NCBI RefSeq assembly: GCF_001194135.2
Contig: NC_068981.1
Span: 148,121,130-148,185,129, forward strand
Source: Octopus bimaculoides
Lineage: Eukaryota
Direction: 5' to 3'
DNA: 64,000 nt
Shown here piece by piece: positions 1 to 13,025 of this stretch. The translations under genes were made by a program, and so were the position numbers. The notes beneath the pieces are model-generated. The model worked only from the letters and a program-made list of their open reading frames with translations. It did no database searches and was not told the DNA's origin. Position 1 is the first letter of the stretch; every line of letters starts with the position of its first letter.

Positions 1-217
1 ATGAAGGGATGCTGAAAAGTTTCTTGGCTTTAAGGGTATTGTGAAAAGCCTGGCTGGAGGCTCAACCTTGCAAGCTCTTTTACAGAGCTTAGAAAAACTG
101 AAGGACCACTGCAATAAGTGTGTGAACCTGAGAGGGGAATATGTTGAATAAAATCATAATTAACTGATCCTCCTTGATTTTCTTTTACCCAAAGCCAGGA
201 ACTTTTCAGCACCCCCT
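1..217 (+). mobile_element. Mariner-derived MITE
   Basis: TIR gctgaaaagtttcttggcttt / aaagccaggaacttttcagc. Internal frame 92-151 reads EKLKDHCNKCVNLRGEYVE*, a mariner transposase C-terminus. Confidence 0.8.
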
Positions 218-1470
218 TGTGTGTGTGTGTGTCCTTGTTTTGACGTGTAATTGTTATGAATGAATGTAACTCATTTTCAATGTCCTACAAAAGCATGTCT
301 GGCCATGGGGAAACTTTGCCTTGTTTGGAAACAGGTGGGCAACAGGAAGGTCATCCAGCCATAGAAAATCTGTCTCAATAAACTCCATCCAACCCACACA
401 AGCCTGAAAAAGTGAACATTAAAATGATATTTATCCATTTGCTAAGTTATGCTCTCATATAAAGTGGCATAACACTGGTTTAACCCAGTAAAACAGACAC
501 TTTTTTGTTTTCATTTTTGTGTCCATTTTTATTTTTCCAGCTTGGGTTCGATGAGACACATTGCGGTTGTATTCTGCAGCCAGATGTCCTTCTAGATGTC
601 AGCCCTTGTGTTCAAATAATGGTTGGCATCAAGTAAGTAGTTTATTCCACATTTTTATGACACTGAACCCTGGGCTGCCAAAATGTAGGACAAAGTCATG
701 TTACCACTGCTCAAGCTCCAATTCAAGGTCCAATCCTTTTTATGGTTTGGTGGCTTGTGTGCCAACAGAGAGCAAGCTGTTGGTAGGGCCTCCCATGCTG
801 GACAGGTTAAAGAATATAGACCAGACTAATATGAACCACTTCTTGCTAGAGGTAAAAATGGGGTTGCATTGGGCCTATACTCATACCTTGAAAAAAGCAG
901 AGTTACAGAAGCATTGATGACAATTCAAACCAACAAGACTTGTAAGAAGAAAGCCTTGCCTCAAGGAAAGGTGGTATATGGAGGTAGAGCAGAAAAAGTA
1001 ATGGAGGGAAGTATAAAAGACAACCCAGAGTCAAGAACAGGGGAGAAAAGTTGTTGATGGTCTATGTTCCATAAGGAGTGAAGGGCTTAAGTAAGTACTG
1101 CCCAAGCAATATCAATGTGAAGAGGTGAAGAAATTCACATATATATGTGTGTGTGGGCTATCATGGAAAAATGAAATTAAAATGAACAAACAATTATATA
1201 TGATGCACTTTGGTACAGTTTGCTATCTACCAAATTTTTACTCTCATGTCAACCGGAACTGAGAATAACACACTTTACCAAGATGACTTGTGTAGGATTG
1301 AACCTGAAATCATGTGGTTGCATAGCAAAAGTACTTTAAAGATTTCCACTAATTTTATTGATTATCACCTTAAGTGCCTGAAGACCTTCCTTAGAAGCAC
1401 CAGATTATCTTCTTTAACATGCAATATCTCTGCTAATATTCCAATCATTTTTTTTTTTGGTAATTTAATC

Positions 1471-1682
1471 TTTTATTCTTTTACTTGTTTCAGTCATTTG
1501 ACTGTGGCCATGCTGGAGCACCACCTTTAGTTGAATAAATAAACCCCAGGACTTATTTTTTGTAAACCTGGTACTTATTCTATCTGTATCTTTTGCTAAA
1601 CCGCTAAGTTATGGGGACGTAAACGCACCAACATCAGTTGTCAAGTGATGGTGGTGGGGGGCAATTACAGACACATGCACAT

Positions 1683-1720
<38 letters not shown>

Positions 1721-1867
1721 GATGCACTTTTTTCAGTTTCCGTCTACCAAATCCACTCGGCCTAAAGCTATAGTAGAAGACACTTGCCAAAGGTGCCATG
1801 CAGTGGGACTGAACCTGGAATGTCATTAGGAAGCAAGCTTCTTAACACACAGCCACACCTGCACCTA
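1471..1867 (-). mobile_element. SINE family A copy
   Basis: Reverse complement of 10911-11291. Confidence 0.8.
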
Positions 1868-3191
1868 AATCGGTTTTTTTTTTTTTTTGTCTAGGATTAA
1901 TGTGTCCATTTCTGGAAAATTCTCTACTTTTGCATGAGCCTTGATGAGAAATAACCAATTTAATCAATAATGATTTGTAACATTGGCACAAAGCTTAAAA
2001 TTTATTGGAGGACAAGTATGATTGATTAGACTGACCCAACCTCTCCTCCAATATTTGAATAATCATACATATTTTATAGACTTTTAATTAATAATCAAGC
2101 AAAATTGAATGTCTTTATTTCTAAAGCTTGGAGATTAACTGTAGCTCTGAAGATTATTTCAAGTAGGCTATTAAACTAATGTGATAATAGAAAACTGGTA
2201 AGTTTCTGAAGTAGACACGTAATAGGATGTTAGTCTTGTTGCTTAAATTACATAATAGATTGGGTGCAGTAAATTTAGTATAAATAATAGTAAGTCCTTC
2301 AACTGGTTGTTGTTTTTTAACCTAAAGTCATCCCTGATCTAGAATAATTAAAAACATTCCATGCATGACTCTTTCATTCTAGGACTGTATTGTATAGTAT
2401 GTCTTGTCATTTTTAAAACAATAGGATGTGGTTTGAAAGATAGAGAGAAGGAGAGAGAGCTGATTGTTATTTCTAGCTGGTCAAGTGACAATGTAGAGGT
2501 TCCCTTGATGGCTCCTTTATATTGTTGAGTAAACTCAGGTCTCAAAGTCTCAAGCAGTCTCATGGCACATTAGTAGTTAGCTGTATGAGGACGCACAACC
2601 TAACAATCAACTTCCTGGTTATAGTGTGTGTATGATGAATTATTATGCATTATCATATGAGATGCAGTACAGTCTGGAGGTTTTACTCTCTTTCTCTACT
2701 GTCCAATTTATTTCTGTATGCTTCCAGATTCCGATGATGGCCACAATGGAAGTGAATAAAATAAATTTGGTCAGAGTGCAACAGTTACTATTGTTATATT
2801 TCGGCATGGTTATTTTCCTTTGCCAAATAAACACGTACACTATATATTCATTCTTCACTTGTTTATTACTGTTCTTATCTGAAATTATTGTTGATGGTTT
2901 GTATCTTAGCACTGTGTTGGGACAAGTGAAGCTATTGATATTGCTACCACTTCACAAACATTCTTGTACCGATAAGAACAAAATCCACAAGGATCTAAAC
3001 CATCATTGAAAAACATCAACTATAGTGGCTGGGGGTCATATAAAAAGGGTGCCAGACACAAGAATGGCCATATAGATCTTTTGCTCTGAACTTATAAAGG
3101 TGCTAAAAATATGCAATTGTGACTACATCAAGAATATAATATTGTTATTCAATGTCCAGCGTAACACTGAAGATTATAAGAGGGTTATCAA

Positions 3192-3413
3192 CCCTTTTGA
3201 TACCAACTTGCCTGAAACCATATTTGGCACCATAATACAAATTTACTGTTTTAAAGATATCTAAATTAAAACCTTCCATCAAAATTTCATGCTAATTCAT
3301 GTTCTAAACACCAGTTTAATAATGGCAATGTTATTTTCCTAAATTGTTCACTATTTTCAAAATTAATTGTAATAAAGGTAATGTATTTCATCAGAAATAT
3401 GGTAACAAGAGGG
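3192..3413. mobile_element. piggyBac-like MITE of the same family, opposite orientation
   Basis: CCCTTTTGATACC...GGTAACAAGAGGG; flanks are TCAA and TTAA. Confidence 0.75.
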
Positions 3414-3486
3414 TTAAAGACCATAAGAACTGGAGGTAAGCATACAGTGAAAGAACTTTTACTGCGAATTGTATTTAATATTCTTT

Positions 3487-3955
3487 TCTACTTTAAGCAC
3501 AAGGCGTGAAATTTGTGGGGAGGGGGCCAGTCGATTAGATCGACCTCCAGTATGCAACTGGTACTTAATTTATCAACCCTGAAAGGATGAAAGGCAAAGT
3601 CGACCTCGGTGGAGTTTGAACCCAGAAGGTAAAGACAGATGAAATACCTATTTCTTTACTGCCCACAAGGGGCTACACACAGAGGGGACAAACAAGGACA
3701 GACAAACGGATTAAGTCGATTATATCGACCCCAGTGCGTAACTGGTACTTAATTTATCGACCCCGAAAGGATGACAGGCAAAGTCGACCTCGGCGGAATT
3801 TGAACTCAGAACGCAGTGGCAGACGAAATACCGTTAAGCATTTCGCCCGGGGTGCTAACGTTTCTGCCAGCTCACCGCCTTGCGAGCGAGACAGATGAAA
3901 TACCACTAAGCATTTTGCCTGGCATGCTAACGTTTCTGCTAGCTCACTGCCTTAC
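3487..3955 (-). mobile_element. tRNA-derived SINE family B, tandem/nested copies
   Basis: Reverse complement of gagctggcagaaacgttagc...gagttcaaattccgccgaggtcgactttgcctttcatcc...aagtaccag; B-box gagttcaaattcc. Confidence 0.8.
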
Positions 3956-4539
3956 ATTGTATTTAATATTAAGAAGCTGAAGAAAGAAGGAAATGGAAGA
4001 AAGGAAAGAACTCAACTATATTTTCTGGCACAAAGACCAGCTCTGAAACTTCAGTATTGATTTGGTAACCTATAAGTTATTTCAGAGGCTGGAGAATAGA
4101 TTCTTGTAACGTGGGAATATCCCTGTTGGTGGGGTGGGGGGCTTGAAAATATCCTCAGCAATGAAGAAATGCTGAAAGAGTGGGAGGGAGGGAAGGGCTG
4201 AAAAACAAAGAGATTTATAGGCTTTAGTTGTGACTGTTTTACAATTTCCATCTTACAGTAGACATTGTTCTTGGTTTATTTTCCTTTGTCTTTCTCATTG
4301 TTCTCAATTCTCATGAGAGTTTGCTGTGTTTCTTACAGAAGTCTGAATAAAAACTAATTCTTGTGCTTATTCTTAAGCCAGTGTTTAATAATTTTATGGC
4401 ACTTTTTCATTAACCTTGCTTTTTTTTACAACTATCAATTTATAGGAATAGCATTTCTTTTTATATGTCATGCTTTTTTTTTTAGATTGACCTTCAATGG
4501 GCAAACATTGTCCTGACCCTCCATCTTGTTTGTCAAGGC

Positions 4540-4723
4540 CAGTGGCGTATGATGGTTGTTGTATTGGGTGAGCTGCCACACCCAATGCCACCAAATTTCA
4601 AGCAGGGGTATAACAATTAAGATTTGTGATTAAATTAATGAGTAAGGTTAATATTTATAATGAATTTGCCATTTTCGTTGATTGTGCAGCACACACCTAG
4701 CATACCCAGAATATGCGCCCCTG
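4540..4723. mobile_element. hAT-type MITE
   Basis: Ends CAGTGGCGTA / TGCGCCCCTG; flanks GTCAAGGC and GTGAAGAC match 6/8 as a TSD. Confidence 0.55.
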
Positions 4724-4854
4724 GTGAAGACTGAATTATCCTATATATCCTTCCAATTCTATCTTGTCAAGCCACCACATAGGTCTTTTTAATACTATTA
4801 TTTGCTGAATAGCGGGTGTTTAGGATGGATCAAAAGGTTGTGCAATTGATATAG

Positions 4855-5285
4855 AGAGGTGGAGAGCTGGGAGAATCATTAGCACGCCGGGTGAAATGCT
4901 TAGCGGTATTTCGTCTGCTACTACGTTCAAATTCCGCCGAGGTCAACTTTGCCTTTCATCATTCGGGGTCAATTAAATAAGTACCAGTTACACACTGGGA
5001 TCGATATAATTGACTTATTCCATTTGTCTGTCCTTGTTTGTCCCTTCTGTGCGTAGCCCCTTGTGGGCAGTAAAGAAATAAGAATCATTAGCACACTAGG
5101 CAGAATGCTTAACAGCATTTCAATCATCTTTACATTCTGATCTCAAATCTCTCGTGGCTGACTTGCCCTTTCATTCTTTTGGGGTTGATAAAATAAGTGC
5201 TAGTTGAGTACTGGAGTCAATGTGATCGACTTACCTCAGTCCCTGAAAATGCTGGCCTTGTGTCAAAATTTGAAACCATTTGATG
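4855..5285 (+). mobile_element. SINE family B, two tandem copies
   Basis: Same motifs. Other copies lie at 8140-8290(-), 46900-47200(+) and 57565-57662(-). Confidence 0.8.
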
Positions 5286-8200
5286 CAAAGTCTAAAATAC
5301 CTGGATGTTGTGGAATGTGGGAATGTAAAGCGGGAGAGGGAGACCCATAAAATAAGGTATTTTGCAATGAAGATCTGTATGTAATGCTCAAGAAAAAAAA
5401 GAATGTCTAAGTATTGTGTGAAATTTTTGACAAGGTGAAAATTTTAGAAAGAACTCCTGATAGCATTAGTTTCTAAAATCAGAATAAATATCACAAAAAC
5501 ATGTGACATTGCATCAGAAGATGTAAAGTTTTTGTGACATAAGATCATTGCTTCTCAGTCTGGTCTGTTTTACTTACCATTTTTGCCAGTGTATAAAATA
5601 CACTCTTGCATATGAGACATCTATTTAACAAGCATATATTGTGGGATGGCTTATATTTCAACCACATGGTTCTGGGTTCAGTCTCACTGTATGGCCCTTG
5701 GGCAAGTGTCTCCTACTATAGCCTCAGGTTGACTAAAGCCTTGTGGGTGGATTTAGTAGACGGGCTGAAACCAGCTCATCATATATATGTGTGCGTTTGT
5801 ATCTCTGCTTGTGTTAGTCCCACACCACCATTTGACAGTTGGTGTTGGGATCAAATAATATTTTAAAGTGGTTTTGTTGGGAAAAATGTATGATTCTATA
5901 CCTGTAAACACAATGTTGTGACAGTAACCATAAATTTGTCATGAATAAACTACATTATGGGAGTAATGGATTTAATTTTTTTTATCTTCTTTCACATCAA
6001 CTGTTATAGTCTAAATTTTGGTTAAAAGAATTGCCATACTAGATATAAAACTAGTATTTCTGGTTGTGATGTTTTATGGAACTTCAATCGCCCACCAGGG
6101 TGGAGTACCACTATAGTTTTGTTGTCATTCACTCCTTGCTAAATAGCTGACAGGTGGATGAAAATTTGTTAACATTCCTATCATCTTTCATGGAGAATTT
6201 TTAGTTAGACAATAAACAAATATTTTATTAATTTAACACAGTCATTGTCAGACATATATTGGGTATGGGTCATATATGCTGGTGAAGGCAGTATAATGAG
6301 ATGATGTGACCTCCTCACACATCTGCCAACTTAGTGTATAGTGTAATTTTTTGTAAGTTTTATGCTTACATACTGTGATATTTTAGCTTGTGTTCAACAT
6401 ATTATTATTAGTAACAATTAGTGTATGTAGCAGACTTATGTTCATCTGGCTCCCCAGTCTATGGCATTTGGTCTCTCATCTGTAATATGGCCATAGTAGA
6501 CACAGGGCAATTCTTTTCATACATTTAAAAATAGGAAAAGTATGTCACATATACTGGTGGAAAATATGGTAAGTAGACTTTTAGTTCCCAAATCGATCTC
6601 ATGCTCTGGTGGGTATCATCAGTGATGTTTCTGAGGCCTTGGTTGGTTTCAGGTCTTTCCACACAGACCTTCTCACCCAGTTGATCTTGCTGGGGTTGAT
6701 CAAATTGGAACCTGCATCCCAGTAGCAGCAAACTGCTGATATACCTTCTTTATCTAAAGCCATCTAATGGCTTTCTCTTCAGCTTCGGTGATAGAATGCA
6801 TGGCTCTTCTCTTTGCTGCACCAGTAACTCCAAACTAGGGCTTCCAGTATTTGGATCTAGTGAGGCTGTTGATACTGTAGTTATATTGGCTTGTATGTTT
6901 TTCTTTATGCTTGCATGGACTATATGAGAAAAGAATAGTATTCTTAGGATAGTGTTGTTATAGTTATTATTTAGCTCCAAGTCAAGCCTGATCAAGCAGA
7001 CCAATGATCAAAAACTTTCCAGTCATGACAATTCCATCATTTAAGGGTATATTTATGACTGCATTGACCAATGCATCCATTTTCTTATTTTAGGTGGTAG
7101 ATGGTAGTATTATTTGAGTGTGATTTTGCTGCTATTTCTAGCAAGACAAATGACTGTATAAATTCCCCATTGGATGGTTGTGTTTTTTTAGTATTAAACA
7201 GACAAGACACATCTTCCCTTGGAGAGAACAACTTCTCAAAAGTTTCTGTAACTATTTCTGACAAGCAGAGACATGAGAAGCAGATTTAAACTTGCAAATC
7301 AGCAGTTTTCAGTCCAGTATCATTTGTGACTGGCTGTTGTTGACTGATTGATTTGTTAATCTAGTATACATGAATAATTAGGTTAATATGGTTACTAATC
7401 ACACCATAGACATTGCCAATAATAATAATGAAAATACCAACTCTAATGATGATAATAATAATAATAATAATTCTTACTTGTAGTATTACCTCACTTCTAT
7501 TTTGTATTTAGTGTTTTCTTTTCGAAATTTATTGCGTAGTTTCTGTTTCTAGTCATTACGCAGAAACAAATACACACACAAGTACATACACATATGGATA
7601 CATGCATACTTATAGACGCATAGACACACCTATACATGTACATGCATGCAGGTGCACTTGCACATGCATACTCCCATAAATGCATACATAAGCACATGCA
7701 CACACATGCACAGATACATGCACGGGCATGTACATACTGGCATACACATTATTGTCCATCAAATCCAAACCTGACAATCTTCTTCATTGTGACTACATTT
7801 CGGTTATTGATGTACAGACAGGACATGTAAATGTTTAAGAGAAGGTGCAGCTGTAACTGTGTATGTGTGTTAAGGGTAGGTCCAGGCATGGCTGTGTGGT
7901 TAAGAATTTTGCTTCTCAACCACATCGTTTTAGGCTCAGTCCCACAGTGTGGCAGTTTGGGCAAGTGTTTGGTATATCCTCAGGCTGGAAGGATGACAGG
8001 CAATGTTGATCTTGGCAGGATTTGATCTCAGAACATAAAGGACTGTAACTAAGCACTGAAAGGGATTTTGTTAGATGCTCTGTTGAGTCTGCCACTGACT
8101 GCCATTCATCTCACAGCAACAACAATAACAATCCTTTCTGTTATAGGCACAATACCTGATATTCTGGAGGAAGAAGCTAATCAGTTACATTGACCCTACC

Positions 8201-8310
8201 ACTCAACTGGCACTTGTTTTATTGACCCTGACAGGAAGAAAGGCAAAGTCAAACCTAGCGGAATTTGAACTCAGAACATAAAGATAGCTAATAATAATAA
8301 TAATAATAAT

Positions 8311-8572
8311 ATGACAATTATTCCTTTGGATATTGGTGCATTTAGCACAACACCCAAACCACTACCTATAACGCTGAAAGCTAATAAAATTGAGACTCAT
8401 ATTGTTGATCTGCGTAAAAGTGTAATTCTGTATTCTGTAAGAATCCTAAGAAAGATTCTGAGGAGACATGTCTATGCCAAACCTCATGACAGCATCTTCC
8501 TAACTAAAATAGCATGTAATTTCTTATGACTAACCCTGCCGTGCCAAACTATAAAAATAATAGTAAAAATAA
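8311..8572 (+). mobile_element. 3' fragment of an RLE-type (R4/Dong-like) non-LTR retrotransposon next to (TAA)n
   Basis: IIPLDIGAFSTTPK...IVDLRKSVILYSVRILRKIL fits the IVIGALG...LQKxxLLxxARILRKVL C-terminus. A (TAA)n run lies at 8289-8310. Confidence 0.6.
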
Positions 8573-9082
8573 GTTGTTATAGTATGACATAGGATGTTGT
8601 TATAGTATGACATAGAATGGGAAAAATGATGTTGTGATGTTCATGTTTCTCAATGAAGTAATTAAAGATTTCCAGCTAGATATTTATAAAATTAAAGCTG
8701 AGGTGATTTGTTAACTTGAAAGAGAATTACTTCCATAATACTGATTACGATGATGATCTTGGAGAAATAAAGCAGTTTCAAGGCCAAGTTAAAGAACAGT
8801 AGACAATATACTGTCTGACATTGACAACTTTGAGAAAAAATAGCTGAAATATATGTTTTTCTTTATTCTTTTAATGGATTTAGTTATTGGGCTGTAGCCA
8901 TACAGGTTTAAGCCAGTCATATTGACTCCAGTACCACTTTTAGCTTGATACCTATTTTACTGGTCTTTATTCCACATATCAAATTAAGTTAAACTTTGGC
9001 TTCCAGTGACAATGCCACTTAATTCAGGTAAACATAGACATGGATATATGGATATAAATGTATGTTCTCCCTCCCCTATCCC

Positions 9083-9121
9083 TCGTGTGTGTGTGTGTAT
9101 GTATATATATGTGTGTGTGTG

Positions 9122-9168
<47 letters not shown>

Positions 9169-9253
9169 GTGTGTGTGTGTGTGTATATATATATGTGTGT
9201 GTGTGTATATATATATGTGTGTGTGTGTGTATATATATATGTGTGTGTGTGTG

Positions 9254-9286
<33 letters not shown>

Positions 9287-9744
9287 ATATATATGTGTGT
9301 GTGTGTGTATATATATATATGTGTGTGTGTGTGTATATATATATATGTGTGTGTGTATATATATGTGTGTGTGTATATATATATGTGTGTGTGTATATAT
9401 ATATATATATGTGTGTGTGTGTATATATATATATGTGTGTNNNNNNNNNNNNNNNNNNNNNNNNNNNNNNNNNNNNNNNNNNNNNNNNNNNNNNNNNNNN
9501 NNNNNNNNNNNNNNNNNNNNNNNNNNNNNNNNNNNNNNNNNNNNNNNNNNNNNNNNNNNNNNNNNNNNNNNNNNNNNNNNNNNNNNNNNNNNNNNNNNNN
9601 NNNNNNNNNNNNNNNNNNNNNNNNNNNNNNNNNNNNNNNNNNNNNNNNNNNNNNNNNNNNNNNNNNNNNNNNNNNNNNNNNNNNNNNNNNNNNNNNNNNN
9701 NNNNNNCGTGTGTGTGTGTGTATGTATATATATGTGTGTGTGTG

Positions 9745-9791
<47 letters not shown>

Positions 9792-9953
9792 GTGTGTGTG
9801 TGTGTGTATATATATATGTGTGTGTGTGTATATATATATGTGTGTGTGTGTGTATATATATATGTGTGTGTGTGTGTATATATATATATGTGTGTGTGTG
9901 TGTGTATATATATGTGTGTGTGTGTATATATATATGTGTGTGTGTATGTATAC

Positions 9954-9986
<33 letters not shown>

Positions 9987-9988
9987 TA
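9083..9988. repeat. Compound (TG)n(TA)n microsatellite array with internal gap
   Basis: Alternating TG and TA runs. Similar arrays lie at 10130-10400, 26050-26365 and 57040-57345. Confidence 0.95.
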
Positions 9989-10131
9989 ATTTTTCAAAGT
10001 AAACTATGTAATCGTTACCAATATAGCAGATTTCACCGCAAAAAAATCTAAATGTTAACATCGGATTAAATAACATTGATATAGATATTGGCGTCAAATC
10101 TCTTTCTTAAATGTAAAAATTTTAAACTTTG

Positions 10132-10202
<71 letters not shown>

Positions 10203-10910
10203 TTTTATGTGTGTATGTGTGTGTGTGTGTGTATGTATGTGTGTGTGTGTGTGTATGTATACGTGTGTGTGTATGTATACGTGTGTATGTATGTATACGT
10301 GTGTGTGTGTGTATGTATACGTGCGTGTGTGTGTATGTATACGTGTGTGTGTGTGTGTGTGTGTGTGTATGTATACATATATATATATATATATATATAT
10401 TGTTATATTTCAGGATGGTCATTTTTAGGGTTTTTTTTTGTTTTTTTTTGCCAAGTAAACATGAACTGTATATTCATTCTTCACTTTGGATTTATCATTG
10501 TTCTTATTTTAGTGTCTTTTGTTTGGAAATCTTTTGTCACTCATCCTGTGACCTCTTCAGTGACTCTCTATCCCATGTTTCTGCTCCTATTCTGTTTAGT
10601 CCATTTCTGACTTTCCAAGGTGTATATCCATATCTGTGTGTGTGTGTGTGTGCGTGCATATGTCTATGTGTTTTGTGTGTGTTTGTGTATATGGATTTGC
10701 TTACTATACTGTTTGTACCCATGTCCTTTTTTCTTTCTTTCTTTATACACATACAACAAAAAGGCCGAGGACTATAGTCGTCAGTACTGAAAGTGGAATA
10801 GATCAAGATAAGACATGCTACACCTTTTACCTAAGGAAGTCAATGTATGTGATAGTTATGATAGTCATAAATGGAAATCTTAATTAGAATATAAATATAA
10901 TTAATCATAG

Positions 10911-11291
10911 CGCGTAGGAGTGGCTGTGTGGTAAGTAGCTTGCTTACGAACCACATGGTTCTGGGTTCAGTCCCACTGCATGGCACCTCAGGCAAGTGTC
11001 TTCTACTATAGCCTCGGGCCGACCATAGCCTTGTGAGTGGATTTGGTAGATGGAAACTGAAAGAAGCCCGTCGTATATATGTTTGTGTGTCTGTGTTTGT
11101 CCCCACCAACATCGCTTGACAACCGATGCTGGTGTGTTTACGTCCCCGTAACTTAGCAGTTCAGCAAAAGAGACCAATAGAATAAGTACTAGGCTTACAA
11201 AGAATAAGTCCTAGGGTTGATTTGCTCGACTAAAGGCGGTGCTCCAGCATGGCCACACTCAAATGACTGAAACAAGTAAAAGAATAAAAGA
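10911..11291 (+). mobile_element. tRNA-derived SINE family A (CORE-like body), full copy
   Basis: A-box-like tggctgtgtgg, B-box-like ggttcagtccc, ggcacc.(t/c)(g/a)ggcaagtgtctt body, central (TA/TG) tract and gaaacaagtaaaaga tail. Confidence 0.85.
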
Positions 11292-11826
11292 GTATATTTA
11301 GTTGACATTTCTTACTGGTAATGTCTTTTTGATATTCAGATGGAACAAAAGACTATTTTTATTGTTCAAAACATAACTAGAGTTAAAGAAATGTATGAAG
11401 AGTAAGCTGTATTCCCTTCATCTCATCAACAACCTTACAAATGTGGACTGCAGCAGGCAGTGAGACATTATGAGACCATTCTGATATATGCCAACATGGA
11501 AAAATGGATGTAAAAGAAATGATGGTGATTAGAGTTTAACTAGATATTTTTTGAGGATTACTTATGTACTTGGTTAAAAATAACTTAGTTTGATATCTTT
11601 TGCCTTTTATTTTTACTTGTTTCAGTCATTTGACTGTGGCCATGCTGGGGCGCCACCTTGAAGGAATTGTAATCAAATGAATTGACCCCAGTGCTTATTT
11701 TTTAAAAACCTATTACTTATTCTATCAGTCTTTTTTGCCGAATCTCTAAGTTATGAGTATGTAATCACATCAGCACCAGTTGTTAAGCAGTGATGGGAGA
11801 CAAACACAGACATAAAGACACACACA

Positions 11827-11882
<56 letters not shown>

Positions 11883-12687
11883 NNNNNNNNNNNNNNNNNN
11901 NNNNNNNNNNNNNNNNNNNNNNNNNNNNNNNNNNNNNNNNNNNNNNNNNNNNNNNNNNNNNNNNNNNNNNNNNNNNNNNNNNNNNNNNNNNNNNNNNNNN
12001 NNNNNNNNNNNNNNNNNNNNNNNNNNNNNNNNNNNNNNNNNNNNNNNNNNNNNNNNNNNNNNNNNNNNNNNNNNNNNNNNNNNNNNNNNNNNNNNNNNNN
12101 NNNNNNNNNNNNNNNNNNNNNNNNNNNNNNNNNNNNNNNNNNNNNNNNNNNNNNNNNNNNNNNNNNNNNNNNNNNNNNNNNNNNNNNNNNNNNNNNNNNN
12201 NNNNNNNNNNNNNNNNNNNNNNNNNNNNNNNNNNNNNNNNNNNNNNNNNNNNNNNNNNNNNNNNNNNNNNNNNNNNNNNNNNNNNNNNNNNNNNNNNNNN
12301 NNNNNNNNNNNNNNNNNNNNNNNNNNNNNNNNNNNNNNNNNNNNNNNNNNNNNNNNNNNNNNNNNNNNNNNNNNNNNNNNNNNNNNNNNNNNNNNNNNNN
12401 NNNNNNNNNNNNNNNNNNNNNNNNNNNNNNNNNNNNNNNNNNNNNNNNNNNNNNNNNNNNNNNNNNNNNNNNNNNNNNNNNNNNNNNNNNNNNNNNNNNN
12501 NNNNNNNNNNNNNNNNNNNNNNNNNNNNNNNNNNNNNNNNNNNNNNNNNNNNNNNNNNNNNNNNNNNNNNNNNNNNNNNNNNNNNNNNNNNNNNNNNNNN
12601 NNNNNNNNNNNNNNNNNNNNNNNNNNNNNNNNNNNNNNNNNNNNNNNNNNNNNNNNNNNNNNNNNNNNNNNNNNNNNNNTATATATA

Positions 12688-12866
12688 TCTGAGTCTACAC
12701 TCTCTGAGTGGTTGGCGTTAGGAAGGGCATCCAGCTGTAGAAACTCTGCCAAATCAGACTGGAGCCTGGTGTTGCCATCCGGTTTCACCAGTCCTCAGTC
12801 AAATCGTCCAACCCATGCTAGCATGGAAAGCGGACGTTAAACGATGATGATGATGATGATGATGAT
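12688..12866 (+). mobile_element. RTE-type 3'-UTR/tail module ending in (GAT)n
   Basis: gagtggttggcgttaggaagggcatccagc...ggaaagcggacgttaaacgatgatgatg. A near-identical copy is at 46530-46736; decayed copies lie near 17470, 20600(-), 37860(-), 39130(-), 41150, 58185(-) and 61061. Confidence 0.8.
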
Positions 12867-13025
12867 ATATATACATTAATAGTTGTTCAAAGTCAGAAAG
12901 AAGCAGTGTACGCTAAAAGAAAAACTGAGTGGTTATACTGTCATATTGTTGAGTAATATGTTTCTGGTTAAGCTCAATTATATGGCACAACCAAGAATAT
13001 ACTGCTCAACAATGTGTGTGTGTGT

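Noticed and set aside
6735-6790. CUGAAGA followed by a perfect 8-bp hairpin on the minus strand
   Set aside because: No GAAAC (reads AGAUAAAG) and no stem I/III.
8984-12788. Long ORFs rich in YI/HT/CV or X
   Set aside because: They are translations of microsatellites and N-gaps. The same applies at 18159-19324, 25904-26582, 27001-27780, 44641-44900, 47297-47524, 57019-57389 and 60561-61297.
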